A stretch of 64,000 nucleotides of DNA from assembly GCA_047495785.1 (NCBI GenBank), contig JBLDXI010000033.1, positions 2,170,001-2,234,000 on the forward strand. Reading direction: 5' to 3'. Shown in pieces: positions 1-12,327 of the stretch; position 1 is the first letter of the stretch, and every line of letters starts with the position of its first letter. The translations under genes and the position numbers were made by a program. A model generated the notes under the pieces. It saw only the letters and a list, made by a program, of their open reading frames with translations, had not been told where the DNA came from and ran no database searches. The stretch comes from Lepidodermella squamata (lineage: Eukaryota; Animalia; Gastrotricha).

Positions 1-1186
1 AATGGTCACATCTGCCTATCGATTCTCACTGAAGACTGGTCTCCAGCGCTCTCCGTCCAATCCATCTGCCTTTCAGTTATATCGATGCTCTCTTCTTGCA
101 AAGACAAGGTAACATTTCTGCTTACCAATATCTTGGAGTAAATTTGCGTTGGCATGAGCAGAAACGGCCTGTTGACGACGCATGGTATATTGCTGGCTGC
201 TCGAAAAATCCCAAGAACACTCGTTGGTGGTATCACGGTAAGCAGTCATTCATACAAGATCCATGATATTCATTTATTCTCTAATTTAGATGATACGGTC
301 TAAAGCTCTGCGGTCGGTGTCAATTATATCACTTTTATTATGCACTCTAGCGCTTTTCCGACGCGACATCCTAGCATGTGTCGGCATTTCTATTTTTGTT
401 TGCCATTTCAAAGTTTGCCCATGTGGTTTGGAATGTCGTGTTTTAATGAAATTTAAAGCCAGATAGTATCTCGAGTTGAAAACGAAGCTTCTTGGCTTCA
501 GTTTGTCAGAATTTGGCTCCCTCGAGATCAAATTTATTATCACCGTGAGCCACCAGCAATGTCTTTCTTTTAAACTCGTTTTATAATGAGTTGTATAACC
601 GCGATTTCGTGTGAAAATCTTTATTAGTCCGAGTATTTAGTACTGCTTGTAGGTTCAAAAAAGCCAAATGTTCTAATTCGTCGTGTGCAATCATTCCTGT
701 AAGTTCCTTATTCAGTTAAAATATGTAGCAGATTGTTGTTTCAAGCATATTACCTGACGCAATCGAAAGTTTTGGATGTTTCATCGCCGTTGACAGGTAG
801 AAAAAGATGATATATTATCTTTCTCAAAATGTTTTAACTATCTGGCGTCCTATCTCTTTTACTTTTTCACTTTGGTTCCGAGAAGTAGCGTGTCTGGAAT
901 CTGAACAAAAAACTAGTGAAACACCGAAAACAAAAATTTGTGAAAACGGTTCGTTGATTATCCTGGTGGTTGCATTTGAGCATATGTCTCTCCTGTTCAT
1001 ATTTCCTACAAGCCCTTTGTGCGTGTTTATTATATTGCAATTCTTACTATAATATTGATAATGAAAACGAAGTGTGGTTAATACAACTGTCGCAAAATTC
1101 TCTTGTCGGTTTTTATGGAATTGCGAATAGAAGAATACTCTTACAACGAATTATTTCTATTCAAATTTTAGATTTATTGTGCAAAA

Positions 1187-2394
1187 ATGTCAGAGGATGG
1201 TGATGACTTTGATATGCTCAGTGAGGTCGAGGAAGACGACGAAAAGCCGAAGTCTCGGCGGAAACCAGATTCAGATGATAGCGATCAAGAAAGTGTTGGC
1301 AGTATGGATTCGGACCGCGAGTTACAAGTAGCCTTTCAAAAAGGCCTCCTCAAACCCGGGCTCAATTATGCCGTTGAAGCTCCTCGTCCTTCGGTTAACA
1401 ACCCGGTATGTATCTAATCGCTGAAGTTGAATAAATTAAAAACAATGGTATGTATTTTAAGGAAGCTTTAAAGCAAAAATTAATCGACCTCAAACAAAAC
1501 CTGAAATTTCCGGAGCGTCTTGACTTGATACCATCCAAAGCTCAGCTTGATGCCTCAAAACCGAAGAAAAATAAGGGAAAAGAATCAAAAGCAAAGGAAG
1601 CTGTGTCAAATACAGAAGTTGCTGAGGTGGATGATGATTTCAAACGAGAGATGACTTTGTAAGTGCTTCGATCTCTGTAAATGAATAACATTGAATGCTG
1701 TTTTTTAGCACAAATTTAGCTCAATTAGCAGTTCTCGAAATTATGCCTCGTCTTCATACGGCCGGTGTTGTGACGAAGCGCCCTGAAGATTACTTCGCAG
1801 AAATGGCGAAATCTGACGCCCATATGCAGCGAATTCGTCAAAAATTGATTCAGAAGAAGGCGGAAATCGAAGTCCGAAACCGCGCTCGTCAGCTTCGGCA
1901 ACTTCGAAAAGAAAGCAAATACGTAAGCATTCTGCCAAAGTGTTGGTTTAAAATTGATAAAAAATTGTTTTCAGATTCAAGAAGAAGTCTTAAAAAGACG
2001 ACAAGCCGAGAAGAAGTTGCTCAACGAAGCTGCTAAGAAGTTCAGTACCGATGCGAAGAGTAAAGAAGACCTGGAAAACATGTTGGCCGGTAAGAAGAAA
2101 GGAGCCCCGGGGCAACAACAACAGAAGAAACAACCTGTCAAAGTCAATAAGCGTCGTGAGTGGAAAAATAAGAAATTCGGCTTCGGCGGACAGAAGAAAC
2201 GCAGCAAGTGGAACACAGCCGAGTCTGTGGATGATTTCTCTAAACGTAAAAAGAGTACGTCTGCTTTTGCTCGCGTTAATAAAAACAAGCCGGGTGCTAG
2301 TAAGAAGCTGAAGAAGAACAGACCGGGCAAGATTGCTCGTTCTCAAGCTCGCGGTCAGCGTGCTGGCGGTGGCGGCGGTGGACGGAAACGCTGA
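1187..2394 (+). CDS. EBNA1BP2: rRNA-processing protein EBP2 (EBNA1BP2), 4 exons: 1187-1405, 1462-1658, 1709-1922, 1975-2394
   Basis: Spliced ORFs give DDDFKREM, RPEDYFAEMAKSDAHMQRIR and KNKKFGFGGQKKRSKWNTAES, all Ebp2 signatures; GT-AG introns of 50-56 nt join the frames correctly. Confidence 0.95.
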
Positions 2395-2585
2395 AAAATA
2401 GTCTTCCTCAAATAACTTCTTCACATTGTTGCGCTGCTCATTTTGAAAAAAATTGGTGAAATCAATGATAATGTGCAAACTTGGTCATAATGATATGAAA
2501 AATTGAAACAATAAACCGTTTTTATTGGGTTACATCAAAGCAACGTATTACAAAATTAGTTGGCTTTCCGGATACATTCAGTCAG

Positions 2586-4464
2586 CTAGTCGGCTGGCGC
2601 TGAAATAAGTTGGTGTAAGGAAGTATTTAGTTTATGTACCCTTGGTAACTTACGTCGGAATAGGTGATACTCAGCTCGGAAAGACCTGACTGAACTACGC
2701 GTTCTGTCGTTGACAATGAACTCGAAAACTTGAGAGCGTTTGATGGCATCCGCCGGAGTGAACGCTTGAACAGTGTAGACACCGCTGTATCGTTGTTCAT
2801 CGCTGACGTGACTGGCCTTTGCGAAGCTGAAGACGAGGTCGGCTTTGTTATCCCCAACGAACAGGGAATTTTTGAATCCCTCGAAGGGTTCTTGCTCTCG
2901 CAGCAACTCGCCGTTACGCAACAACTCCATTGATGGCATGCAGCCCGCTGCTGCTGGGATATCACAGGAGCATCGAACGGCGATATCAACCGTTGACTCG
3001 GGGCTATAATCGGCTAGGTTTACTACACGGCTGTTTTCAGGCGACACAGCCAGGTTGTTGACCGCCAAATGACAATCAAATTGCCATATATCGTCATCAC
3101 GCTCGACTAGGATGAAATCCATTACAATTTCCTTGGTTTGGGACTCAATGCATCGGACAGTCGTCAAATTCATTTTCAGCCAAGAGTCGACCGTTCCAGA
3201 AAGCCATAAGTGATAACTTCCATCCCCTGACTTGAGGTAGTTTGGCGTCTCATAGACGAACCAAGACGAATTATTGATAATTCTAACACGCCAAGTAACT
3301 GCTTCCTTGCTTGTTGCCTTCAGCGGGCAATGCAGTGTGAATCGCGCAGAACTTCTTTTCCAAGCTAAGAGCTTTTTCGAATAACCATCAGGGTTCAACT
3401 TGAACTTCTTTCTTTCCATCAGATTCTCCAGAGGACACTTCCAGTACTGCAGCTTCAAGAAGTCATCTTTGTCGTCGGCGTCGCGGCAAGCCAGACCGCA
3501 TTCTGACGGGTTGACTTTACTGCATTCGAAAACATATGCGCAGGAATCTTGGCCACATATACTTTTGTTGCTCGGAGCTTCTTTTCCATAGCCCATCGTG
3601 GCAAACACGAAACTTTTATCAGCATTCGACAAATAAATCAGGAAGTGTGTATCGTTGATAATGTTAGGTTCCATGACATTGTCGTAGAAGAAAGAAATTT
3701 CCCCTGTTTCTACTTTGTAAAGTTTCATCAATTTCCGTATAGAGTGGCTTGACCGCGGTTTGCAGTTTGTTTCCACAACTTTTTCGAACATCGGCCGATT
3801 CTGGTAATCGATACAATCGGAGTAGATAATGGGCATGGCTGCAAGGTCGATGACATCGAGCTCAGCATTTATGGTGATAATTCGAGCGCTTAGTTGATCC
3901 CCCGGACAGCCTATCGGGATTCGAAAAACCAAATGCTCACCTATAGGCATTATAATTTGAACAATATAAGGAAAAAATATGTCAAATTGAACATAAATTG
4001 CCTCTGAAAAGCGCATTACGGCACTCAAAGCCGAATAGATCCGTTACATTTTGCGGTATGCGAAGCTGAAGTTCCATGTCACTGAGCCTCACTTCCATAG
4101 TTTCGCCACGCACGATGAACTTGCCCTTCTGCAACCTGTCCTTTACATCGAAACTGATATTTATCCACAGCCGATAATGCACATCGACCTTATCGAAGTC
4201 TTCATAGCCACCGAATGGCTTGAAACCTGATAGCGGCGGCCGATTGTCTTTGAGGATTATAGTTCGTATTTTGTCAGCAGTTTTAAGACGGGAATTGTTG
4301 AATCGAATTGTATTCGTCACGTGAAGTCGGTTCCCCAATGTAAAGCTCGGTTTCAGCAAACCTGTAGGCCGAAATTCATCATCCAAGTGTAAGGGCTGAG
4401 AAGCTGAATATTCACAGCTTTGAAATGTCAAAAAGACAATAGCTATATTTGCTGCTAAACTCAT
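2586..4464 (-). CDS. Secreted protein with two degenerate Ig-like domains near the C-terminus; 2 exons joined by a predicted GC-AG intron (3941-4001)
   Basis: Signal-like start MSLAANIAIVFLTF at 4464; TLHCP...VTW...VRC and VRCSC...LLRNG...YSGVYTVQA resemble Ig strands B/C/F; ORFs 3982-4716 and 2586-4028 join in phase 1. Confidence 0.6.
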
Positions 4465-4522
4465 GTCGAAATAGAATAAATGGAAGCAAGCAGATAAATC
4501 ACAAAAATCTTGAAAATAATTT

Positions 4523-5346
4523 TCAAGGTGGATTATTTGTTTTATTTTGAAAATTGGGAAAAAATAAAGACAAAAAAGCTGGAAAAAGAAGTTCTTTGAG
4601 GTCACCATGGCATTGATTGCATAGTTCGCAAACAGCACGATATCCAAATTTACACGAGCAATCATCAGTCTGTAACGCTCTCTCTTCGCAATCATAACAT
4701 ATGCATTTGCTATCATGAGCGTTGAAATAATAATGAAAAAGCCTATTGCCGTCAGGAAAAAGCAGCAGATTATGGAGGAAATGATTTTCGGTCAGCATGT
4801 TATGATCCGGATCGTAGATTCCCATTTGCTGAACGCCAAGGTATACGTAGGGTGACAGAACGTGCTCGCCGTCCCACGAATGATTGAGCGCGATTCCGAA
4901 TCGAGCGTTTTGATCATCGATTGCCTTTTGAATTCGTTCAAACTCGAATCGATTATTCGGCACAGCTAATCGGCCACCAGCTGCGAAGCAAGTAAAGTTG
5001 TGGTCTGCCCAAGTAGCTCTATCAGCGAAAACGATGTAAGCTTTAAGCAGGGGCTGTTTTAAATAATAGGAAATTCTTGTTTAATACTTTTATTTCTACA
5101 TTCATGATGAGGTTTGATCCGTTTAGTTGTTGTCGTAATTGTTGTTGTCGTGGTTGTTGTCGTCGAAGTAGTTGTAGTCGATTTCGTCGTAGTTGTAGTA
5201 GGCGTCGTGGCCTTCATTCGACCTTGAAAAAATGAAAAATTGATTAAAAAATACCGAAAACAGAGACAACATTTACCTCTCCGGCATTCGTATGTTCGAA
5301 ATAAGATCAAAAGCACGACAACCAAAGCTAATGCAAAAGTCTTCAT
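4523..5346 (-). CDS. Secreted C-type lectin-domain protein with a Thr-rich mucin-like stalk (introns about 5224-5276 and 5041-5099)
   Basis: Signal peptide MKTFALALVVVLLILF, poly-Thr run, then ATWADHNFTCFAAGGRLAVPNNRFEFERI...YLGV...C..C...AVCE, the CTLD pattern; no EPN/QPD sugar-binding motif seen. Confidence 0.7.
5125..5210 (-). repeat. Imperfect ACN trinucleotide repeat encoding a poly-Thr tract
   Basis: TTPTTTTTKSTTTTSTTTTTTTTITTTTK in ORF 5059-5346. Confidence 0.85.
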
Positions 5347-5790
5347 TTTAGCAAAATTTGCCTACAAACAGCTTACCTGATTGGGGTCCCACTATTGCGC
5401 ATGTTTTATCTGATAACACTGATGCGCGTCTTATCTGTGACAAGACGGCTAAAAGGCTGTTATCTTCTCGCTGCAATCGAATCACACTTGTGCGCCAATG
5501 TAATCAGACAATTTTATCGATTGCCAATCGCAGCGACCATCCAGCACCACCTTTGATTTTATACCGCATCGCATATGGTTACTGGAGCGGCATTATTTAT
5601 GGTCCTCTTTTGTTTGCAGTAGTTGAAGCTATTCAACAGAATAGAATAGGTACGCCGTAGGAAATGTAATAAAGTGCCACGTGAATGCACATCTTAAAGC
5701 CTTGCATAATGATTGACCCTAATTACAGCACGGCAGAGTAAATGCAATCACCATGCGCCGCATATCGACAAAGCTATTAGATTCGATTAG

Positions 5791-8700
5791 ATGGAAGCTT
5801 TTCGGCTACGTGTTCGAAGTGCACTTCATCGTGGGGATATTACTATTATCCCCGACGTAGTCCACACCTGTGGCATTGATTCCTTGGGTTTTGGTGACGA
5901 TGGCTCGGCGACTCTTCTGCACGAGGCTGTTCAAGAGGGCGATCTTGAGTTTGTTTCTAGAATACTTGGGGTCGGCGCCAACGCTAGAATCGCTGATAGC
6001 AGAGGCGAGACGCCGTTTCATTATGCCGCAATCGGTGGGCATGTGGACATCGGCCGAATCTTGATTAAACTACGAGGGGTTGGTCTTGTTGACTCACGTT
6101 GCGCGAACGCGACGAAACAAACTGCCTTATTACATGCGAGTTCAGAGGGGCATGTCGAATTCATTCGAATGCTAATCGAAGAGCAAGAAGCTGCTGTACT
6201 CATCACGGCAGATCTTCTAGGCAAGAAAGGAGTAAATTCGCTTCAGCTTGCTATCTTCGGGAATCACGGGGCAGCAGTTGAGTATTTAGCGAGATGGAAA
6301 AGCGGAAAGTTGTTGAATACATGGGATGGCGAACACAACAGCCCGATGCAAATGGCCCTGAAAATGGCGAAGTTACAAGCAGTTCGAGCTTTGGTCAAAG
6401 CAGGCGTGAATGTTGAGGAGGTGAACAAGCGGACGAAACAGAATACGCTTCAAGATGCTTTGGCTTACAATCAGCCTGATGCCATCAAGGTAAATACCAA
6501 TTCAAAATTCCCTGATTTGTATTGCCATTTATTCGAATAAAAGGTACTGGTGACCGAGTTCAAAGCTAGCACGAAGGTTCGATCGAGCGATGGAGCAAAA
6601 ACTTTGTTGCATCAAGCCGTTGAGCATGTTTATTCGGCATGCTTGAAAACTCTGATCAGCGTTGGAGCTGATGTTGAAGCTCTAGACAATGAGGGCAATA
6701 CTCCGCTGCACCTCGCTGTTCGACTTCGAAATAAGGAAGCCATCAAAGTGCTATGTGGGCATGGAAAGGCCAATGTCGAGGCGAGAAATCAGTTCGGTCG
6801 GACTCCGCTCTGTTTGCTGGCTCACGAACATAACGATACAGATATTGCCAAAGTTCTTGTGCGAAAGTTCAATGCGAACCCATCAGCTACCAGCGGAACT
6901 CAAGATTTCAAAGAAGCAACAGTATTTCAAATTGCATGTCTCAACGGGAACCTGAAGCTGGCTGAATTTCTCGTTAAAGAAAATCGAGATGTTATGAAGA
7001 AGCGAAACAAGGAGGGAGAAACAGCGCTGCACTTGTGCGCAGCTTCAGGTTCGTCTATATCACCACTTCGTCCCAAATTAATCCTTACATATTATTTAGG
7101 AAAGGAGGAAGCTGTGAAATTCCTCGTCAAAAGCGGATGCCGCCTGGATGAAAAATGCTTGAATGGTCGAACCGCATTGCATAAAGCCATGATTGCCGAT
7201 CATGTCGGCGTAGTGAAAATACTGGAGGAGAACGGCGCATCTGTCGACGAACTGAGCGATGATCCGGACGATCAGGCTTATGTTGGGAAACTTCTCGCTG
7301 CAAAACACGGTAAAGGTTCAATCCTCGCAACTTCGTCTCATTTCTATTCAAAATTTTTAGGTGCAATCAATGTCTTCTGGTACTTATTCGAAAGGTCCGG
7401 CGAGTCGATCAGAGACGTGCTGAAAGAAATTATTAGGAAAACTGGCAATGCTCAACTCGTTGGATTCCTGGCCGACATTCTCAAAAAGTCGAACCAAACT
7501 GCCGAAATTATAGATGGTGGAGAGGGCATATTCGGCCGCGGATTGCTCCATTTCTGCTGTTTTGAGCGTCGTATTGCCGCGGCTCGAGCTCTCATTGAGA
7601 AAGGTGACGCTTACGTGGATGTTCAGTCATCCGTCCAAGACTTCATGCGAACCCCGTTACACTACGCAGTCCTACTTGAGTTCCCAGAAATGATTGAAAC
7701 TTTAATCGATTGCGGTGCGGATATTCAAGCGAAAGACATCGAAGGAAACACTGCGCTAGATCTTGCTGCCCTAGCTGGCAAGTTTAAAATGGCTGAGAAG
7801 CTGATTGAAAAAGGCGCCAATATTGGCAAAAGGGGCAAGGGCAAGAGAAATTCCCTTCATATGGCCTGCACCTGGATCGGCGAATCCGATGGCGATTTGC
7901 CAAGTCATGTTCGTTTTGTCGACGCAAAAAACGGAGGTAAAGACCTCGCGAAAATGTTTCCTGAACTTTCGATCGGAAAGGTGGTTAAAAAGCGCCACCC
8001 ACGTGTCCACATAAAAATCGAGCCAGAAGACTTCAAAGATGAAGAAATTTCATATGATACCACAATGTCGAAGGACGCATATCAGCAAAAGTTGAGAATA
8101 GTTCGCTTGTTCGTTCGTGAATTGCCGGCTATTGCAACGGTGAAGGACAAGCACAACGATCGTGGGGTCCATATCGCAGCTAGAACAGGGCATTTCGATA
8201 TAGTTAAATATTTTATCGATTGGCGACGAGACGTTTTTGTCGATTGCATCGGTAAATATGACAGGACTTTGCTTCAAACCGCGGCTATGGCCTGTCAATA
8301 CACCATCATAGCGTTTTTGCTTGAATCTAACGCGAGTCTCCAGGCGAAAAGTGGGTCATTGAAGCATGACGCGGGTGGAACAGTTTTACATATGATGATG
8401 CGCCACGGAGTTTCGATGTCAGATAAACGTTCCAAGGTAAATTTCTTCTCAAGTTCCGCTTTTGATACTCACCATCAATTTACAGGTGCTTTCCATCATA
8501 AAAATGCTTATAAGCTACGACGCACCCTTGGATGAATCGGATGAAAATGACGACACTGCCCTTCATGTCGGTCTTCAAATAGCATGTAAACGAGATGCTA
8601 GTTGGTGCTCAGCCGTTCGGTTGCTTATCGAAGCCGGCTGTGACACGGATGCTGTATCAGGTAGCTCGGGTTACGCTGCGGTCGAATCTGTCGCGGCAAC

Positions 8701-8899
8701 TCCAGGTGATCACGTGACTATATTCGAGTTCCTAGTGAAACTTGGTTGCAAGGTTCTGCTGGTGAAAGACGAAACTTCGAATAGTCCCAACTACGGCCAT
8801 TTAGTACCGGTATCGCTGCAACTGGCTAGCAAGGCTGGTAATTCCAAGATAGAGAATTATTTGACACAGAAATTTATGACGCAGGGTCAGAAAGTTTGA
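5791..8899 (+). CDS. Long ankyrin-repeat protein (introns 6490-6543, 7049-7099, 7310-7360, 8437-8485)
   Basis: Many G-x-T-P/A-L-H-x-A repeats (GETPFHYAA, GNTPLHLAV, GETALHLCA, RTPLHYAV, GNTALDLAA); GT-AG introns join the three ORFs; true start codon uncertain. Confidence 0.9.
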
Positions 8900-8966
8900 T
8901 ATAAATATCATTTTATTTCGAGGTTTTCATTTTTATAGCAAATAAAATGGCGTGATGAAGATGCAT

Positions 8967-10415
8967 TCATTCACGGCTTAATTTGAGAGCTTGGCTGACA
9001 ACTTGATAGAATATCGGACTCATCTCTTGAAATTTCTGTGAAAACACAGCGAAAGAAATTATTCAAAGCTCTTGTTTCTTATATGGTTATTACCTTTAAA
9101 ATAGCTTCTTCCGAGATGTCGACGACAAGTCTGGTATACGTGCGCTCGGCGATTTCGACAAATCTATCGTAGACAATACTGTTGAGCCCGTCCAGCTTGA
9201 ACCTTTCTTGAGATGTCGTTAGGAGATGAATGCTGAAATAATTGAGTAGTGCACTCATTGGGGCATAAATAATGCGCATAAATCATACTTGGGAATTTTC
9301 GGGTAAGGCGAATGTGGCAAATTGCGGTAATGAGACAGCATCTCGTGCTCTCGATATATCGTCAAGTTGGCAAGCTTAGCTCTAAAAACAGAAAATAAAA
9401 TAAAACGAATTTTGTTCATATACTTATTGAATTTACCGTTTGAGGAATTCATCGTCTTGGTTACCTGAACCGAAGAATAGGTTGGAAAACCCGTTCATTT
9501 TCAGCATGTCTGGCGTGTTAACTGCTAAGACTCCTCCAAAGTAACCATCTCGGAAAGGCCTATTTTAACGAATGAAATGATTAATTTTATTTTATAAGAT
9601 AAATTTGACATACATGCGCTCGAAACGGTCTTGATATGCTGCCATATGACGAATAAAACCAGGCCTCGGACAGGTATGTGAACAGCGATCATCCACGGGG
9701 ATTTTATCGACATCGTAAAATAGAAAGCAATCGTAGTTGTAGTTCTTCATCGCGTGCTGGAAGCCAATATTCGACAGGATTCCGCGATTGAAAGGCGTTG
9801 TAGTCGAACCGCCTTGTTCGACGACGAAAATTGAGTAGTCAAGGAGTTGCCGCTGCATGATCATGTGTAGATAGTAGAGAAAAACTCGCAAGTTCTCGTC
9901 CCCATCACGAGTTGGGACAATGATGGCAACTCGGTTAATAGGCTCGCACCACCGAGGCTTGAAATGGCCGCCGTATTTCTCCTGGAAAGACTCTCCGTAA
10001 ATTTCTGTGATTTCGTCAAACTCTGGGGTATGAGCTGGCGGGTAAGGTAATTTCCCAGCTAAAATAAATAAAAAAATCACAGAAATATTCGACTGATTTT
10101 TGGCAAACCTAAATCTGGTGGATATCTTGGGCATTCTAGCATATACTCAGTATCGGAAGTGTTCCATCTGCTATTTGTTATGTTGGCGTAGTAATTGAGC
10201 AAGGTATCTCCGAGACTTTGTCCGCACGGCGTCACCTCGGTGAAGCTGACGATGTAAAATGATGCTAGGACGGCCCCAGCGCACATTGATAGAAAAGCTA
10301 GTAGGGCCCCGCCATACTTCCCTGACGGGTGGTAAATTCCCCATGGCTGATGAATGCCGAGAGCTGATGTGGATACCCACTGATATCCACCGCGGATAAT
10401 ATTCGAAAAACCCAT
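8967..10415 (-). CDS. Beta-1,4-galactosyltransferase-like protein (GT7 family), type II membrane, 6 exons
   Basis: N-terminal TM; GGHFKP, VAIIVP, FNRG, DVD motif, YFGGV, NGFSN, DGLNS; introns 10059-10108, 9560-9613, 9382-9436 and two more; stop TGA at 8969-8967. Confidence 0.9.
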
Positions 10416-11229
10416 TAAAAAAAATTTGATGGCAAACAAGTTTTCAAAATAAGCAGAATTTGCCCATTTCTTGCTGCAGGTCTCACGATAATCAGCGACC
10501 ACTACAATAGTGTCGTAGTAAAATATAAAATGTGCCAGTGCTTTATCAGCACATGTTAGCCTTATCAACAATGCTAATTTATATGTGTCCGATAACAATA
10601 ATAACTTAATCGATGGGTTGCTACTTTGAATTTCCGCCGAAGTCAAGCATTTCATTAGGGTGGCTAACAAGTAGACCGGTCTAGCCGTTATCCGCTTCAA
10701 CGTTGAATATTTATTGTATAATGAAAGAGTAAAATCAATGAAAATCAGGGCAAATTTCTTATAAGTTGCCAAATCTTTCAGCCGACAGTGAATAAAATTA
10801 TTTTTCCCTGAAGTAGACTCACGCTACGGTATAACACCATGCTGGCTGATTTATTCGCAAAAATGATAATATTATCCTTTTTTACTGCTGGTTCCGAGGC
10901 CGTTTTTTCGCAGTTAGGTCGACTGTCGACTGTTCCAGATTAAGAAAATTGAGGGAAACACACCGGTTGTTTATCGAAAATTTCAGAGCAAAATGTGAAC
11001 CACCGAAATCAAACGAAAATAAAAGGTATAAATTCTGTATGAGTAGTAGGTAAGTGACGACCGTTTTATTCCGATCTGTGACCGTTGAGAATACCCGAAA
11101 ATACCCGAATCGCCACGGCAAGGCGGTAGCTTGCACAGCTCTCCGATCAATACACATCGATCAATGTGCGAAGTGAAAAATAATCAGCGTCGAACGATAC
11201 AATAAACGGCAAAAATAATACAAATAAAT

Positions 11230-11635
11230 GGTTGTGTGCGAAAAGAGCAAGCGAAATAAGAGCAATGATATGAGAGCAATGACATAAGAGCACAACGAAA
11301 CAAGAGCAACGAGATAAGAGCAGAACGACGAAAGAGCAATTATTAATGATAAATCACGAAAAAATAGTGGCACGCGATCATATATTTTTCCTCATCATTA
11401 TCAAGTGATTAGCGGAGCGGTTAAACAGCAATTCGAGCTACTTAATGGGTCGAGATTCACTTGTCTGTTCAAAGAAAAAAAAACAAGTCGCGTGCCACTA
11501 TTTTTTCGTGATTTATCATTAATAATTGCTCTTTCGTCGTTCTGCTCTTATCTCGTTGCTCTTATTTCGTTTTGCTCTGATGTCATTGCTCTCATATCAT
11601 TGCTCTTATTTCGCTTGCTCTTTTCGCACACAACC
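11230..11635. mobile_element. Non-autonomous foldback/MITE DNA transposon with 148-bp TIRs and an 8-bp target-site duplication
   Basis: Arms 11230-11377 and 11488-11635 are near-perfect reverse complements with internal AAGAGCA subrepeats; AAATAAAT flanks both ends (11222-11229, 11636-11643); termini GG...CC. Confidence 0.9.
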
Positions 11636-11925
11636 AAATAAATATCAGCTTTTTTTATTTGCGCCAATGTCACCATTTTTTCTAATTTTCGCATATTGTG
11701 TTATAATAAAACTTCTCAGACATGTGCAACAACGCCGCGGGATAAAGAAACGTGCAAAGGTATGTGGGGTCAAGAGTCAAGAGGAGGCGCGCACCAGGAG
11801 GTGTTCAGTACACAATAGGTCACAGCGCCATTTTAGGAATCACGCACACGAAACGTCTGCGCATTGATACTTTTCATTACAACTTATCATTACACCAAAT
11901 ATTTAAATGTGAGTCGACGTTTTGA

Positions 11926-12327
11926 GACCACTGTAGCAATTTCAAGCTCAATCATGGGTTCGAAGTTGCCAACCGATTTCCGGACACAATCACGGCTTCA
12001 GATGTATGTAAGGTGACCAAACATGGTTGTGATTCGAGATTCGCGTGCAATATCAACGTCGCAAACTCTGAGTCGCATGTTACATCAATCAACAACAAAC
12101 TCTTGTCTCGCATCATTTATGACCACGACGTTTTGGCATCAATCGAGGCCACGGTTTTGCTCATTCATGCTCGTGGAGAAGACGTTCGAGAAATCGCGGA
12201 ATCTGCTCGAATGTTACCCGACAACAAGGATACAATCACCAGGCTGGAGCGTGCTACGACTGTCGCCGAAGTTCACGGGTGCGACTATTTGCGCCGATAT
12301 TACACAGTTATGGCGAAGGCGATCTGA
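11926..12327 (+). other. Unassigned open frame of about 130 codons, possibly an exon or a transposon remnant
   Basis: Stop-free frame ending TGA 12325-12327 with AATAAA downstream; no family recognised. Confidence 0.2.

Noticed and set aside
1-600. Short minus-strand frames with faint resemblance to a decayed Penelope-type GIY-YIG C-terminus
   Set aside because: Multiple stops, no clear GIY-YIG or RT motif, truncated by the window edge; cannot be supported without a search.
11161-11641. Near-identical hydrophobic ORFs on opposite strands (11161-11373 and 11405-11641), and a CRISPR-like look of the subrepeats
   Set aside because: Both are by-products of the foldback element's inverted arms; subrepeats are too short and lack unique spacers.
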